Below are positions 1 to 12,519 of a DNA stretch of 64,000 nt, piece by piece (position 1 is the first letter of the stretch; every line of letters begins with the position of its first letter). The notes beneath the pieces were generated by a model. The model was not told the DNA's origin and did not search any database. It saw only the letters and a list, made by a program, of their open reading frames with translations. A program made the position numbers and the translations under genes. This DNA comes from Octopus vulgaris (lineage: Eukaryota): the NCBI GenBank assembly GCA_951406725.2, contig OX597814.1, positions 171,182,001-171,246,000 of the forward strand, given 5' to 3'.

Positions 1-84
1 ACATTGTAGTATCTATTTGGAACATTAGTAGTATCTATAGTAGTATCGCCTTGACGGGATTAGTAGTATCTATTAGTAGTATCG

Positions 85-338
85 CCTTGACGGGATTTAG
101 TCGAACGAATCGACTCCAGTACTGATTTTTTTTTTAAAGCCTGGTACTTATTCTATTGGTTTCTCTTTTGCCAAACAGCTATGTTACGGGGACGTGAACA
201 AACCAACACCAGTTGTCAACGTTGGTAGGTGAAAACACAACCACAAACACACACACAGATATATATCAGCATAGACACACATACATACATACACATACAT
301 ACATATATACATACATACATACATATATGTGTGTGTAT

Positions 339-376
<38 letters not shown>

Positions 377-700
377 CACAATAGTGACAGAGGGTACTGA
401 ATAGCACCACTATTGCTAGAGCACAAAGTACTATCTTAATGACTGACAAGAGGAGGTAAGTCCCCCAGCGTATGGTTTTAATTTTTTATATATACACACA
501 CACATATATATATATATGAACATACCTACACACACACACACAACAGGTTTCTAAGTTACCGTCTACAAAATCCACTCAAGAATTTAGCCGGCCCATGGCT
601 ATAGTAGAAGACACTTGCCTAAGGTGCCATACAGTGGTACTGAAGCCAGATTCACGTGCTTGGAAAGTAAACTTCTCTACTAAACAGCCACATCTGCGCC
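85..700 (-). mobile_element. Degenerate tRNA/CORE-type SINE (family B), split by microsatellites
   Basis: Reverse-complement matches to the family B head (540-700: aagacacttgcctaagg...) and to its 3' half (100-235: ttacggggacgtgaacaaaccaacacc). Confidence 0.7.
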
Positions 701-954
701 AATGTTAGTAACTTCTTTATTTTGTATTTTTTAATATTTATTTCATAGTCAGAAGAGGAAGGACAACGCCCAAGGCCTTTTCCTGGGTCAAATTGAAATG
801 ATGTCAGGAAATTAGTGTCTCGACATCCTTATATTTTAGTTTACTAATACGTCGTTTTAAAAAGAAAAATGGAATGGGCACGTTTGGAATGCCTTTAATC
901 AATTACTCTAGAGGGATTCTGATTTTCAGGGGTACAATATCTTTAATTATCATC

Positions 955-1553
955 AAAGGACGGCGAGCTGGCAGAATTGTTAGAACACCGGGCGAAATGC
1001 TTAGCGGTATTTCGTCTGCCGTTACATTCTGAGTTCAAATTCCGCCGAGGTCGACTTTGCCTTTCATCCTTTCGGGGTCGATAAATTAAGTATCAGTTAC
1101 GCACTGGAGTCGATGTAATCTACTTAATCCGTTTGTCTGTCCTTATTTGCCCCCTCTGTGTTTAGCCCCTTCTGGGTAGTAATAAAATAGGTATTTCGTC
1201 TGCCGTTACGTTCTGAGTTCAAATTCCACTGAGGTCGACTTTGCTTTTCATCCTTTCGGGGTCGATTAAATAAGTACCAGTTACGCACTGGGGTCGATAT
1301 AATAGACTTAATCCCTTTGTCTGTCCTTGTTTGTCCTCTCTGTGTTTAGCCCCTTGTGGGTAGTAAAGAAATAGGTATTTTGTCTGCCGTTACGTTCTGA
1401 GTTCAAATTCAGTCGAGGTCGACTTTGGCTTTCATCCTTCCGGGGTCGATTAAATAAGTACCAGTTACGCACTGGGGTCGATATAATCGATTTAATCCGT
1501 TTGTCTGCCCTTGTTTGTCTCCTCTATGTTTGGCCCCCTGTGGGCAATAATTA
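955..1553 (+). mobile_element. tRNA-derived SINE family A, head plus three tandem ~185-bp body units, 19-bp TSD
   Basis: A-box-like gctggcagaattgttag and B-box gagttcaaattcc; body gccgaggtcgactttgcctttcatcctttcggggtcgat repeated 3 times; AATATCTTTAATTATCATC at 936-954 and 1554-1572. Confidence 0.85.
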
Positions 1554-2163
1554 AATATCTTTAATTATCATCTATGCTTAAAGGGGAGCCAAAATCGAAG
1601 TCACTATGCCTTCGGCCAACCTGCTAGAATTAGCAGCGAAATTTCTCTCAAATTATTTCTCTACACAGACACTTTCTGGAAAAAGGACGCGTTAGTTAAG
1701 GCTGAAATATTGACACAATCATCATTATCATCATCGTTTCACGTCCGTTTTCCATGCTGGTATGGTTGTCATGTATATGTACAGAAACTTTGAAATATAT
1801 GCATGTATATACATGCACACATGAATATATATTTCACAAGTATGAGGGAATATTTTGCAATATAGTTATATATTCATGTAGTGGTGTGTTCCTGCACGTA
1901 AAAGAAATACAGAACGATAATGGCTGGAGATCGTTTGGCCATAGGTCATCTTGATCATGGTCGACCATGGGCTAAACAACAATAACGACCGCAATGAACA
2001 TCAACCTTCAATTTAAAAAATTTTTTTTTTAAAGTAAAGTTCTAGTTTCTCAAATGCGATCTCGCTTCCTCCACGCAGTAGGCTGAGGAGAGGTTTGAGA
2101 AGAAACTGGCAGCTAATTCTATCTGTTCGGGTGACCATGTCGAGGTGGTTCCTTAATTAGTTT

Positions 2164-2365
2164 AGCTGGCAGAATCGTTAGCACGCCGGACAACATGCTC
2201 AGTGGCATTTCGTTCGCCCTTATGTTCTGAGTTCAAATTCCGCTGAAGTCGACTTTGCCTTTTATCCTTTCGGAGTCGATGAAATAAATATCAGTCGCGT
2301 ACTGGGGTCGATGTAATCGAATATCCCCTTCTAAATTTCAGGCCATCTGCTTAAAGTAGAAAGGA
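2164..2365 (+). mobile_element. SINE family A monomer with alternative 3' tail, followed by (ATT)n
   Basis: agctggcagaatcgttagcacgccg...gagttcaaattcc...ggggtcgatgtaatcga, then an (ATT)n tail. Confidence 0.8.
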
Positions 2366-2374
2366 TTATTATTA

Positions 2375-2423
<49 letters not shown>

Positions 2424-2532
2424 TGCCATTGTTTTACTTCTCAGAGCACTCGGTCTCGTTTGCTCTGGTAGATTCTGTGAGAGCGGACAGCAACTTGCTG
2501 TCAGAGGTCTCACAGGGTCTCTTTCCGCACAT

Positions 2533-2617
<85 letters not shown>

Positions 2618-2645
2618 GTGTGTGCGTTTGTGTGTGTGTGTGTAT

Positions 2646-2905
2646 CAAAATGTAATGTATATCACCACTTAAAAATGGATGTTGCATTAGAACACAATGC
2701 TGCGATAGTTACCATGAGAGAGAAACTCTCATATGGATTTTTGGTGCATTGATGCATATAAGCACTCCTGTGTATACCGCCAGCAGGAGATGATCAAACG
2801 CCATCGCCGCCGCCAGAATTGCACCAAAAGTTCATATGAGAGTGTCTCTCATGGTTGCTATTGCAGTCTTTTGTGTTTTTAAGTGGTGATAAATACTACC
2901 TTTCG
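2646..2905. mobile_element. Foldback/MITE-like element
   Basis: Imperfect inverted arms: tatcaccacttaaaaa/tttttaagtggtgata and ccatgagaga..actctcatatg..ttttggtgca/tgcaccaaaa..catatgagagt..tctctcatgg. Confidence 0.65.
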
Positions 2906-3068
2906 CTATTAATACTGCTTCTGTGGCTATTAATTATATTAGACAGAGACAGGAAGAAACAAGGAAAATAGCCCTTGTATTTGAATACTATGCAAATATT
3001 CTTCTAAAAACCTTTTCATTTAATTTTTCCAAAATTTAACTTATCCAAAATTTAATCGTTTTCCATTC

Positions 3069-3110
3069 TTACAGTTGAAAAAGTCTCAATGACCGAAACC
3101 GGTACTGAAA
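3069..3110 (+). ncRNA. Degenerate minimal hammerhead ribozyme-like motif
   Basis: cag-TTGAAAA-agtc(tcaat)gacc-GAA-ACCGGT-A-ctg; core CUGAnGA carries 2 mismatches. Confidence 0.35.
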
Positions 3111-3175
3111 TGTTTTTTATAAAATTATTTTAGAATTTTCTACCTTGATTTTTTTTCCATATATATACATACATA

Positions 3176-3228
<53 letters not shown>

Positions 3229-3356
3229 TAAGTAATTAAGGGTTACTTAGTATTACTTAAATTTTCCTCGAATGGGGCTTTTACATACCGAAATCTACTT
3301 GGTGTAATTGATAATTATCCCTAATTAATTAATTTCACCCTTTTATTATTATTATA

Positions 3357-3398
<42 letters not shown>

Positions 3399-3495
3399 GG
3401 ATATAATCATTAAAACGATTTTATCAGAGGCCAGCGTATAATAACCACCATATCGTATAAATTAATATTTAAGTATATAATTAAAAATACATAAT

Positions 3496-3716
3496 TATAA
3501 TTAAGGACGCTGGAGGGACAACGCCAATACGCTAGAAGTAGATGTCAAATGTCTACAAATCGCTCTAAATTTCTTCACCTTTTGGCACAAACCTGAATGC
3601 GGGAAAATGGACTCTCGGCATTTAGCTTTGTGCCAAAAGGAGAACAAATTTAGAGTGGTTTATAGACATTTGATATCTACTTCTAGTGTATTAGCCCGCC
3701 GGTGACCTTAATTATA
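3496..3716. mobile_element. Foldback/MITE-like element in TA context
   Basis: Long imperfect inverted arms (aatacgctagaagtagatgtcaaatgtcta...ttttggcacaaa versus its reverse complement); outer tataattaagg/ccttaattata. Confidence 0.7.
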
Positions 3717-4258
3717 TATATATATATATATATATACACATACACACAAATACATCACGTGACCGGTGGTCAAGCTGGTTTGGGCTCCTGCTACGTTCAT
3801 TAGGAGTTACTCCATTTCACCTTGCGCAACCTCACTAAGTTCGTTCGATAGCTGCAAAATTGTTTCTATTATATTTGTGGTAATTGTATAATTAATATAA
3901 TTTTTTTCCTTTTGTTGTATATAGCCGTAAGGCTTCATGCTGTTATATGTGCATAATTCTTCGTCTGTTATATTTATATAACGTCTTGTTTGTTTCTGTC
4001 TCACTATACATTCGCTAGCTTTCTCCCAATAACTTAATAACAGAGCTGGCGCCTCCAAGATTGAGTGGTCTCAATGATAATGGTGTGAAACCACTATGAT
4101 ATTTTGGCTCATTGACTGACGAAGAAAACTCAGCTGCGAATATTCCGTGTATTGTGTCTTTGTCTATATTTCCCGTCCATTAAGTTTTCTTCTAGTTTCC
4201 CGTTAGCTTTGCTTTCGTCTAACTTTTTCTCCTTCTTGTATTCTCTCTGTTCAACCTT

Positions 4259-4373
<115 letters not shown>

Positions 4374-4727
4374 GATTCGATCTATGAAGATCTAACAGCA
4401 TTTTTGCTTTTGTTTTAGTTCTGATGAATAAATTTATTATGAGGTTTTATTCCGGCTAATGGTTTACAGATAAGTCCATAGATTGGACATAAAGGATTGT
4501 TATACAAAGTGGCTGGCATGTTAGCCTGAGGTCTTGCTTTCGCTCTCAGTTCTTTAAGATGATCCCAACTGCTCACTTGTATGTATGTATGTATGTATGT
4601 ATGTATGTATGTATGTATGTATGTATTTATATGTGTGTGTGCATGTATGTATGTATGTATGTATGTATGTATGTATGTATGTATGTATGTATGTATGTAT
4701 GTATGTATGTATGTATGTATGTATGTA

Positions 4728-4944
4728 TTCAAAATGTGACCGCGTGTGTACCGTTGGCGATTTTTTTCCCTCTGTCTTCCCTTCTCTGGATCTTTCCTTC
4801 TCCTATGTTTCCGACGAAGCGCTCCGCTCGAAACGTTAAACCCTCCTTCTTCCCTTCCTTCCTGAGCGTCCAATAATACTATATTTGTTCCACGTCCTCG
4901 CGGTGTTGTGTTTTCTCTTGTGTTTTCATGTTTGGAATAACTAT
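4728..4944 (+). mobile_element. Short Penelope-like terminal repeat (pLTR-like) carrying a minimal hammerhead motif, copy 1
   Basis: Near-identical to 31278-31497; contains gttt-CCGACGA-a-gcgctccgctc-GAAACGTT-aaac (4807-4841); flanked by microsatellites. Confidence 0.65.
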
Positions 4945-4945
4945 G

Positions 4946-5006
<61 letters not shown>

Positions 5007-5280
5007 GTTATTATTCAGTTTTAGTTCAAGATTTCTTGCCAATAGAGAAAGAGCCGGTTTCTAACCTAGATTCAAAGTTCCTTCATTGGAATTTCTGCAT
5101 CAACAACAGGGTATTTATGTGTATATGTGTGTACGTGTGCAGATTTATATGTTTTGTTTTATGTATGTCTTCTTATGCATATACTTACACGTAACATGCT
5201 CATATATACTTAAACGATAAACTGGAAAGCTTTACAGATTTTTACAGTTCCAGTGCTGGATTGGATATGTATGTATGTAT

Positions 5281-5662
5281 GTGGCGCAATGGCCCAGTGG
5301 TTTGGGCAGCGAACTCGCGGTCATAGGATCGCGGTTTCGATTCACAGACCGGGCGTTGTGAGTGTTTATTGAGCGAAAACACCTAAAGCTCCACGAGGCT
5401 CCGGCAAGGGATGGTGGTGATCCCTGCTGTACTCTTTCACCACAACTTTCTCTCACTCTTACTTCCTGTTTCTGTTGTACCTGTATTTCAAAGGGCCGGC
5501 CTTGTCACTCTCTGTGACACGCTGAATATCCCCGAGAACTACGTTAAGGGTACACGTGTCTGTGGAGTGCTCAGCCACTTACACGTTAATTTCACGAGCA
5601 GGCTGTTCCGTTGATTCGGATCAACCGGAACCCTCGTCGACGTAACCGACGGAGTGCTTCCA
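5281..5662 (+). mobile_element. tRNA-derived SINE family C (single copy here)
   Basis: tRNA-like head: tggcccagtggtt (A box) and ggtttcgattc (B box); ~380 bp GC-richer body embedded in (TATG)n. Confidence 0.7.
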
Positions 5663-6424
5663 TGTATGTACGTACGTACGTACGTACGTACGTACGTATG
5701 TATGTATGTATGTATGTATGTATGTATGTATGTATGTATGTATGTATGTGTCTTTGTATTTGTCCATCCCCAATGCTGCTTGACAATCGAATTTATTTGT
5801 TTACATCCCCGTAATACAACGGTTCACCAAGGGACCAACAGAATACCAAATTTTAAAAAAATGAGTACCGGGGTCAATTTGTTCAACAAAACTCTTGATC
5901 GTAGTGCTCCAGCATGGACGCAATCCAATGACTGTGAAAAAAATAAAAGATAATACCACCGGCATGCAAGATTGCCGTCTACAACATGGAACAAATATAC
6001 TTCCCATTTATATGTTTGCTCTTTTAAAAGAAATAGCCAAAGAGATTCACAAAACTAAGGCCTTCTAATTTCTTTTGTAAACGCAACATTATCATGTTAC
6101 ACATTTCAGTGTATTTATTATGTGGTAATGGTTGTTATAGGGATATTCTTGAAAGCCACTTCCAACGGTTATATTTTTCTTCGACCGTCTTCCCGCCTCT
6201 CTCTCACTCTCATATTTTAACGCCAATCCTCCCCTTTCTGCTTACCCTTCTACCTGATATCTTAACTCTACTTCTCTTCCATTTATCGCTTTTATTTATT
6301 TATTTTCGCCATCCTTCTCCTCCGTCAGCTTAAGCCTTTGCTAACCCGCGTCCAAGGACAAATGTGCGTGGCAGAAACGTTAGCACGCCGCCTTCATACA
6401 TGCGAATATATATACTCATATACT

Positions 6425-6553
6425 CCAGCCGAAATTGCTACGATGATCCGGTTCTTGACTGAAGATTGAGGGCTTCGAATGTCCCGTCCGTGTTTTTTGT
6501 ATCGTCTTCTAAGTGTTTTGCGTTCTTGTCCCAGTTTGTATTTTTCTACATAT
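6425..6553 (+). repeat. ~130-bp interspersed repeat D, copy 1 (others at 56162-56290 and 60195-60315)
   Basis: agccgaaattgc..gatgatccggttcttgactgaagat..gaaggcttcgaatgtcccgtccgtg...gtcccagtttgtattttt seen 3 times, each running into a microsatellite. Confidence 0.8.
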
Positions 6554-6559
6554 AATAAT

Positions 6560-6621
<62 letters not shown>

Positions 6622-6947
6622 GACGGGCTTCTTTCAGTTTCCATCTACCAAATCCACTCACAAGGCTTCGGTCGACCCGAGGCTATGGTAGAAAACAGAT
6701 ACACACGTATATACATACACATACACACATACATATGGGTAGGGATGGCTGTGTAGTTAAGAAACTCTCGCTTTGTAACACTGCTTGAAAACCGGTGTTA
6801 GTGTGTTTACATCCCCATAACTTAGCGGTTCGGGAAAGAGGCCGACTGAATAAGGCTTATAAAGAAAAAGAAAATCATTCGACTACACATTCTTCAAGAC
6901 GTTGCCCCAGCATGTGCGCAGATTAACAAATGAAACAGCTAAAAGCT

Positions 6948-7430
6948 TAGGCGTGACTGTTTGGTAAGAAGCATAGTTCCCAACTATATGGTTCCAAGTT
7001 CAGTCCCACTGCGTGGCACTTTGGGCAAGTGTTTTTTCTACCATAGCCTCGGGTCGACCAAAGCCTTGTGAGTGGATTTGGTAGATAGAAACTTAAAGAA
7101 GCCCGTCGTGTATATATGTGTATTTACATATATTTATAGGTATGTATGTATGTATGTATGTATGTATGTATGTATGTATGTATGTATGTATGTATGTATG
7201 TATGTATGTATGTATATGTTTGTGTGCCTGTGTTTGTCGCCTCGCTATCTCTTGACAACCGATGGTGGTGTGTTTACGTCCCCGTTACTTAGCGGTCGGG
7301 CAAAAGAGGTCGATAGAATAAGTACTAGGTTTCCAAAGAATAAGTCCTGGGGGGGTCAATTTGTTCGACTAAAGGCGGTGCTCCAGCATGGCCGCAGTTA
7401 AATGATTGAAACAAGTAAAAGATTAAAAGA
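6948..7430 (+). mobile_element. SINE family B (tRNA head, CORE-like segment, internal microsatellite, LINE-like tail)
   Basis: gttcagtccc B box, ttgggcaagtgt CORE-like motif, internal (TATG)n, tail ggcggtgctccagcatggccgcag. Confidence 0.85.
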
Positions 7431-7439
7431 ATATATATA

Positions 7440-7611
7440 CGTAGGAGTGGCTGTGTGGTAAGTAGCTTGCTTACCAACCACATGGTTCCGGATTCAGTCC
7501 CACTGCGTGCACCTTGGGCAAGTGTCTTCTACTATAGCCTCAGGCCAACCAAAGCCTTGTGAGTGGATTTGGTAGACGGAAACTGAAAGAAGCCCGTCGT
7601 ATATATGTTTG

Positions 7612-7653
<42 letters not shown>

Positions 7654-7870
7654 TGTATGTTTGTGTGTCTGTATTTGTCCCCCTAGCATTGCTTGACAAC
7701 CGATGCTGGTGTGTTTATGTCCCCGTCACTTAGCGGTTCGGCAAAAGAGACCGATAGAATATGTACTGGGCTTACAAAGAATAAGTCCCGGGGTCGAGTG
7801 GCTCGATTAAAGGCGGTGCTCCAGCATGGCCGCAGTCAGATGACTGAAACAAGTAAAAGAGTAAAAGAAT
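7440..7870 (+). mobile_element. SINE family B, full length, directly downstream of the previous copy
   Basis: ggagtggctgtgtggtaagtagcttgc...ccttgggcaagtgtc...gactgaaacaagtaaaagagtaaaaga. Confidence 0.9.
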
Positions 7871-8244
7871 ATATATACGTATACATTTCTTTTTTTACAT
7901 ATACCTGAGTGTATATAAACATGTACACACAGACACTAACGCGTGTGTGTATGTGTGTGTGTGTGTGTGTATGTCGCTATTTTATTGTCTGTTTCTAATG
8001 TGACTACGACTTTGGAGCGTAGGTGCGTGTGTGTGTGTGTGTGTGTGTGTGTCGAGATGGGAAGGCAATACGGCTTGTCCCACTAGCCGGTTTCTTGTCG
8101 CCGCCAGCCAAGCCGCAGTGTCCCTTTGTTGGTTCTTAAGCTTCTGCTGAACTTCTTGTTATCTACTATCCACGCCTTCACCTTCCTTCCTACAGAGAAT
8201 GACAGCCGAGAAGAGGTTCCGTTCAATCGAACATCAGCTCTCTC

Positions 8245-8281
<37 letters not shown>

Positions 8282-8284
8282 CAC

Positions 8285-8600
8285 ACACACTCATACATGC
8301 GCGCGAACGTACACGCACACACACACTCATACACGCGCGCGAACCTACACGCACACACATATACACGCACAATCATACACGCGCGCGAACGCACACACAC
8401 ACATACACACACACACACACACACACTCATACACGCGCGCGAACGTACACGCACACACACACACACACGTACACTCATACACGCGCGCAAACGCACATGC
8501 ACACACACACACATACACACAAACACATACACGCGCGCGAACGTACATGCATGCACGCACGCATTCATACACACCTCCGAACGTACATGCATGCACACCA
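8285..8600. repeat. CA-derived minisatellite, ~35-45 bp unit containing catacacgcgcgcgaacg
   Basis: About 7 copies of the motif separated by variable (CA)n. Confidence 0.7.
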
Positions 8601-8899
8601 CACACACACAAGCACACACACCTGTGTGTGTGTGTGTGCATACTACTACACACACTATTATGTATTTACACAAAAATACACACATAACTGTATATATACA
8701 TACATATACGTCCATATGTATATATGTATGTATATGTATGTAGCATGGCCGCGGCCTTCGGGCTAAAACATTTTTTTAAGGATGTATATGTTTGCGTGTG
8801 CGTGTTTAAAGAAAATAATTCACACAATTATAATTAGTTTTATATGAATGAATAACACTGAGTACGAATAATATCATCATTTGGTATATACATATATAC

Positions 8900-9071
8900 A
8901 GGCGTAGGCGTGCCTGTGTGGTAAGAAGCTTGCTTCCCAAACACATGGTTCCGGGTTCAGTCCCACTGAGTGGCACTTCGGGCAAGTGTCTTCTACTATA
9001 GCCTTGGGCCGACCAAAGCCTTGTGAGTGGATTTGGTTGACGGAAACTGAAAGAAACCCGTCGTATATATG

Positions 9072-9134
<63 letters not shown>

Positions 9135-9243
9135 GTTATTTTGTGTGTCTGGGTTTGTCCTCCACACCATTGCTTGACAACCGATGCTGGTGTGCTTACG
9201 ACCCCGTAACTTCGCGGTTCGGCAAAAGACCGATAGAATAAGT
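8900..9243 (+). mobile_element. SINE family B, 3'-truncated
   Basis: Head and CORE-like part, internal (TA)n(TG)n, part of the 3' half. Confidence 0.85.
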
Positions 9244-9731
9244 CATGTGCGCATGTATGCATACAAGTATATCAAGCATGTGTGTGCGTGTACGCGTATG
9301 CGTGTTTGTACGCGCGCGTGTATGTGTGTCTGTGTGTATTACGTAAAAAAAAATAAGGATTTTGAATCCGGGCAGGTACCTTATTAGCACTTTCATATAT
9401 ATTCCAGATCTGGCTATCCACATTGAATGATTAGGAACATACAGAAATTGTTTAAAATAAACAATTACCGAGTACTTCACCCAATGGGTAAATCTTGAGT
9501 TCGCTTCTTTGGATTTCATATACCAAACATGAATATAACCAAGTCATCAGAGAAAAGAATGGAGAATTATACATCTTCAAAATTTATTAATTACGGCATT
9601 ATTCTCATTAAATTCCAATCCGACACGTGCTTCTGTTGGATAAGGGTCCTAATGTCCTTCAATGTTGCATTTATGCGCATTTAGTTGATTCATTAGCAAT
9701 ATATATTCACCCAAGGTAAGACGTTAATATA

Positions 9732-9843
9732 CAGCTTTGCTCAAGGTTCTACTCATGCGGATGGGTGAAACGAGCACTGAAGGTTTTACCCATGCGGGTG
9801 GGTGAAGCAAACAGTCACATAGGTAAAACCTTGAACAAAACTG
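9732..9843. mobile_element. Small Tc1/mariner-type MITE (TA|CAG...CTG|TA)
   Basis: tacagctttgctcaaggttctac / gtaaaaccttgaacaaaactgta inverted termini; internal ~35-bp tandem duplication. Confidence 0.6.
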
Positions 9844-10289
9844 TAGAGCGGTGATTTCCAACTAGGGTGCACATGGCCCCTGGGGATCCATTTAAGATTT
9901 TGTTGTTAAAAATTATGTGCAATAAATTGTTTATACTTCTGCAATGCACAAAATATTTTAATATTTTTATACAGGAGTGGCTGTGTGGTAAGTAGCTTGC
10001 TTACCAACCACATGGTTCCGGGTTCAGTTCCAAATAAAATCCCAACTCGCTACGTGACCGGAGTTTAAGGAGAAAGCCTTCGTAGGGACGTGGTCGACTC
10101 GTCTTGGATTAAAATTGAAAACTAAATCTTTCCGCGTATTTGGGCGTGCGTGTGTGTGTGCGTGTGTCCGTCTGTCTCGCTTTTGCTTTCTCAAACCTTA
10201 TGGCCACCGTCTTAATAATAGAATACATTGCACAATGTAGTCTTCAATTCATTTAATAATTCTCTCTCTCTCTCAAAAAAAAAAAAAAT

Positions 10290-10826
10290 CATTAGAGGCA
10301 AAAGGCCTGAAGTTTTAGGGAAGGAGACAAGTCGATTACATCGACAACAGTACTCAACTGGTACTTCATTTCATCGAACCCCAGAGGGTGAAAGGGAAAG
10401 TCAGCCCCAGCAGGATTTGAACTCAGAACATATAGGATCTTTTCACTTTGACCGGCAGATTTTGAAAATAATTTCTATGTAACTAAAAAATTTTAAACTT
10501 CGTATACTGGTAGAATGTGTTTAAAAAATATCTTTTTCTCTTGGCTTTATTGAGAAAATTCTATAGTTTGTAAGATATTTGTTGTTTAATTTCTTGCATT
10601 TCGGCAATTTCAACCAATGAATGAGGTGAAAACGATTTCTGTCATAACATTTTTTAGCGGCGTCATATGAAAATGTCCCTGTTTTTTATGAGAAGAAAGA
10701 TACCCTGTGGGCATAAACTGAGGGGTCACTCCTTAACAGAGCTGGATAAAAATCTGCCGGTCAAAGTGAAAAGCCGCTAAGCTATTTGGTCGGCGTACTA
10801 ATCATTCAGCCATGCGCGCCGCCTTA
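10290..10826 (-). mobile_element. SINE family A, interrupted by a MITE at 10435-10773
   Basis: ...atttgaactcagaac | MITE | ccgctaagc...gccgcctt. Confidence 0.7.
10435..10773. mobile_element. GGATC-terminated MITE (right end clipped)
   Basis: TIRs ggatcttttcactttgaccggcagatttt / aaaatctgccggtcaaagtgaaaag; internal aaacttcgtatactggtagaatgtgt shared with 44163 and 62914 elements. Confidence 0.8.
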
Positions 10827-10834
10827 ATGGCCCA

Positions 10835-11012
10835 TTCTACTGGAGTTTTGCGGGAGGGAATAAGTCGATTACATCGACCTCAATATTTGACTGGTACTTA
10901 TCTTATCGACCCAGAAAAGATGAAGGGTGAAGTTAAGCGCGGTAGAATTAGAACTCAGAACGTAAAGCCAGATGAAATACTATGAAGCTAACCGACTCTG
11001 CCAGCTCGCCGC
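10835..11012 (-). mobile_element. SINE family A monomer
   Basis: agtcgattacatcgacc...gaactcagaacgtaa...ctgccagctcgccg. Confidence 0.75.
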
Positions 11013-11555
11013 ACGAAATGCTTGGCAGTATTTCATCTGCCGCTACGTTCTGAGTTCAAGTTCCGCCGAGGTCGACTTTGCCTTTCATCCTTACGGGGTC
11101 GATTAAATAAGTACCAGTTACGCACTGGGGTCGATATAATAGACTTAATCCGTTTGTCTGTCCTTGTTGTCCTCTCTGTGTTTAGCCCCTTGGGGGTAAT
11201 AAAGAAACAGGTATTTCGTCAGCCGCTACGTTCTGAGTTCAAATTCCGCCGAGGTCAACTTTGCCTTTCATCCTTACGGGGTCGATTAAATAAGTACCAA
11301 TTACGCACTGGGGTCGATATAATCGACTTAATCCGTTTGCCTGCCCTTGTTTGTCCCCTCTGTGTGTAGCGCCTTGTGGACAGTAAAGAAATAGGTATTT
11401 CGTCTGTCTTTATGTTCAGAGTTCAAATTCCGCCGAGGTCGACATCACCTTTCATCCTTTCGGGGTCGATAAATTAAGTACCAGTTACATACTGGGGTCG
11501 ATCTAATCGACTACTCCCCCAAAATTTTGGGTCTTGTGCCTAGAGTAGAAAAAAA
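11013..11555 (+). mobile_element. SINE family A tandem multimer (three body units)
   Basis: Repeated gtatttcgtc..cgttctgagttcaaattccgccgaggtc units with aaagaaa(c/t)a|ggtatttcgtc junctions. Confidence 0.85.
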
Positions 11556-11564
11556 AATGCTAAT

Positions 11565-11960
11565 AGGCCTTTCTACTAAAGGCACAAGGCCTGAAATCTT
11601 GGGGTAGGGGGATAGTGGATTACATCGATTTGTGCTGACTGGTACATTTTTTTATCAACCTCGAGAGGATGAAAGGCAAAGTCGACCTCGGTGGAATTTG
11701 AACTTAGAACGTAAAGACGGACGAAATGCTGCTAAGCTTTCTAACGATTCCTTTCTACTCTAAGGCACAAGGCTAGAAAGTTTTGGGGAGTGGGGGCCAG
11801 TCAATTAGCTCAAACACAGTACGCACCTGGTACTTAATTTACCGAGCCCGAAAGGATGAAAAGCAAAGTCGACTTTGGTGAACTCAGAACGTAAAGACGG
11901 ACGAAATGCCGCTAAGCATTTTGACCGGCATGCTAACGATTCTGCCAGCTCACTGCCTTC
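11565..11960 (-). mobile_element. Two adjacent SINE family A copies
   Basis: Two occurrences of ggatgaaa(g)gcaaagtcgac...gaacgtaaagacggacgaaatgc. Confidence 0.8.
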
Positions 11961-11962
11961 AC

Positions 11963-12021
<59 letters not shown>

Positions 12022-12062
12022 CAATAACAATTAAAATAACAATAACAATAATTGATAATAAC

Positions 12063-12110
<48 letters not shown>

Positions 12111-12113
<3 letters not shown>

Positions 12114-12519
12114 GACCTACTCATTGAAATTGAGAAAATGTGGCATCTCAAGACGGTTACAATACCAGTTGATCGTAGGTGCACTAGGAATGATCAAAAG
12201 GGAACCGAAAATTATACCTGAGAATGATACCTGGCTTACCATCCCTGCAGAAATTCAAAAGATAGTGCTCATGGGAACTGCTCATATCCTACGCAAAATA
12301 CTCTCTATGTAATCCCAAGGTTTAAAACAAACTTTTTTTTCTTTTTATTTATTTATTTATTTATTTTTATGTATTAGACATTCACTAGTACAACACCAAA
12401 AAAAAAAAAAAACCCCAAATATATGGCACAGAACTTCTAACCTGTTTCTTTGCCTCTAGGTGAGTCTTGGAAGACAACTTGGCAAGAAATGGAAGCAAAT
12501 TTGAAAGAAGAAGAAAAAA

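Noticed and set aside
955-1553. CRISPR-like array
   Set aside because: Units are ~185-bp full-length repeats with no unique spacers; eukaryotic SINE context
4110-4150. CTGACGA motif (similar weak cases at 16868 and 55720)
   Set aside because: No proper stem II, GAAA and stem I pairing, so not counted as hammerheads
5281-5355. Possible tRNA gene (also SINE A and B heads)
   Set aside because: A/B boxes present but no convincing cloverleaf; continues into SINE bodies
8055-8245. Unique GC-richer segment with a plus-strand acceptor-like ttccttcctacag
   Set aside because: No donor found and no recognisable peptide in either orientation; could be TE debris
9365-9700. Non-repetitive stretch with a 107-aa minus-strand ORF
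   Set aside because: No recognisable motif, and the ORF runs into microsatellite/SINE sequence
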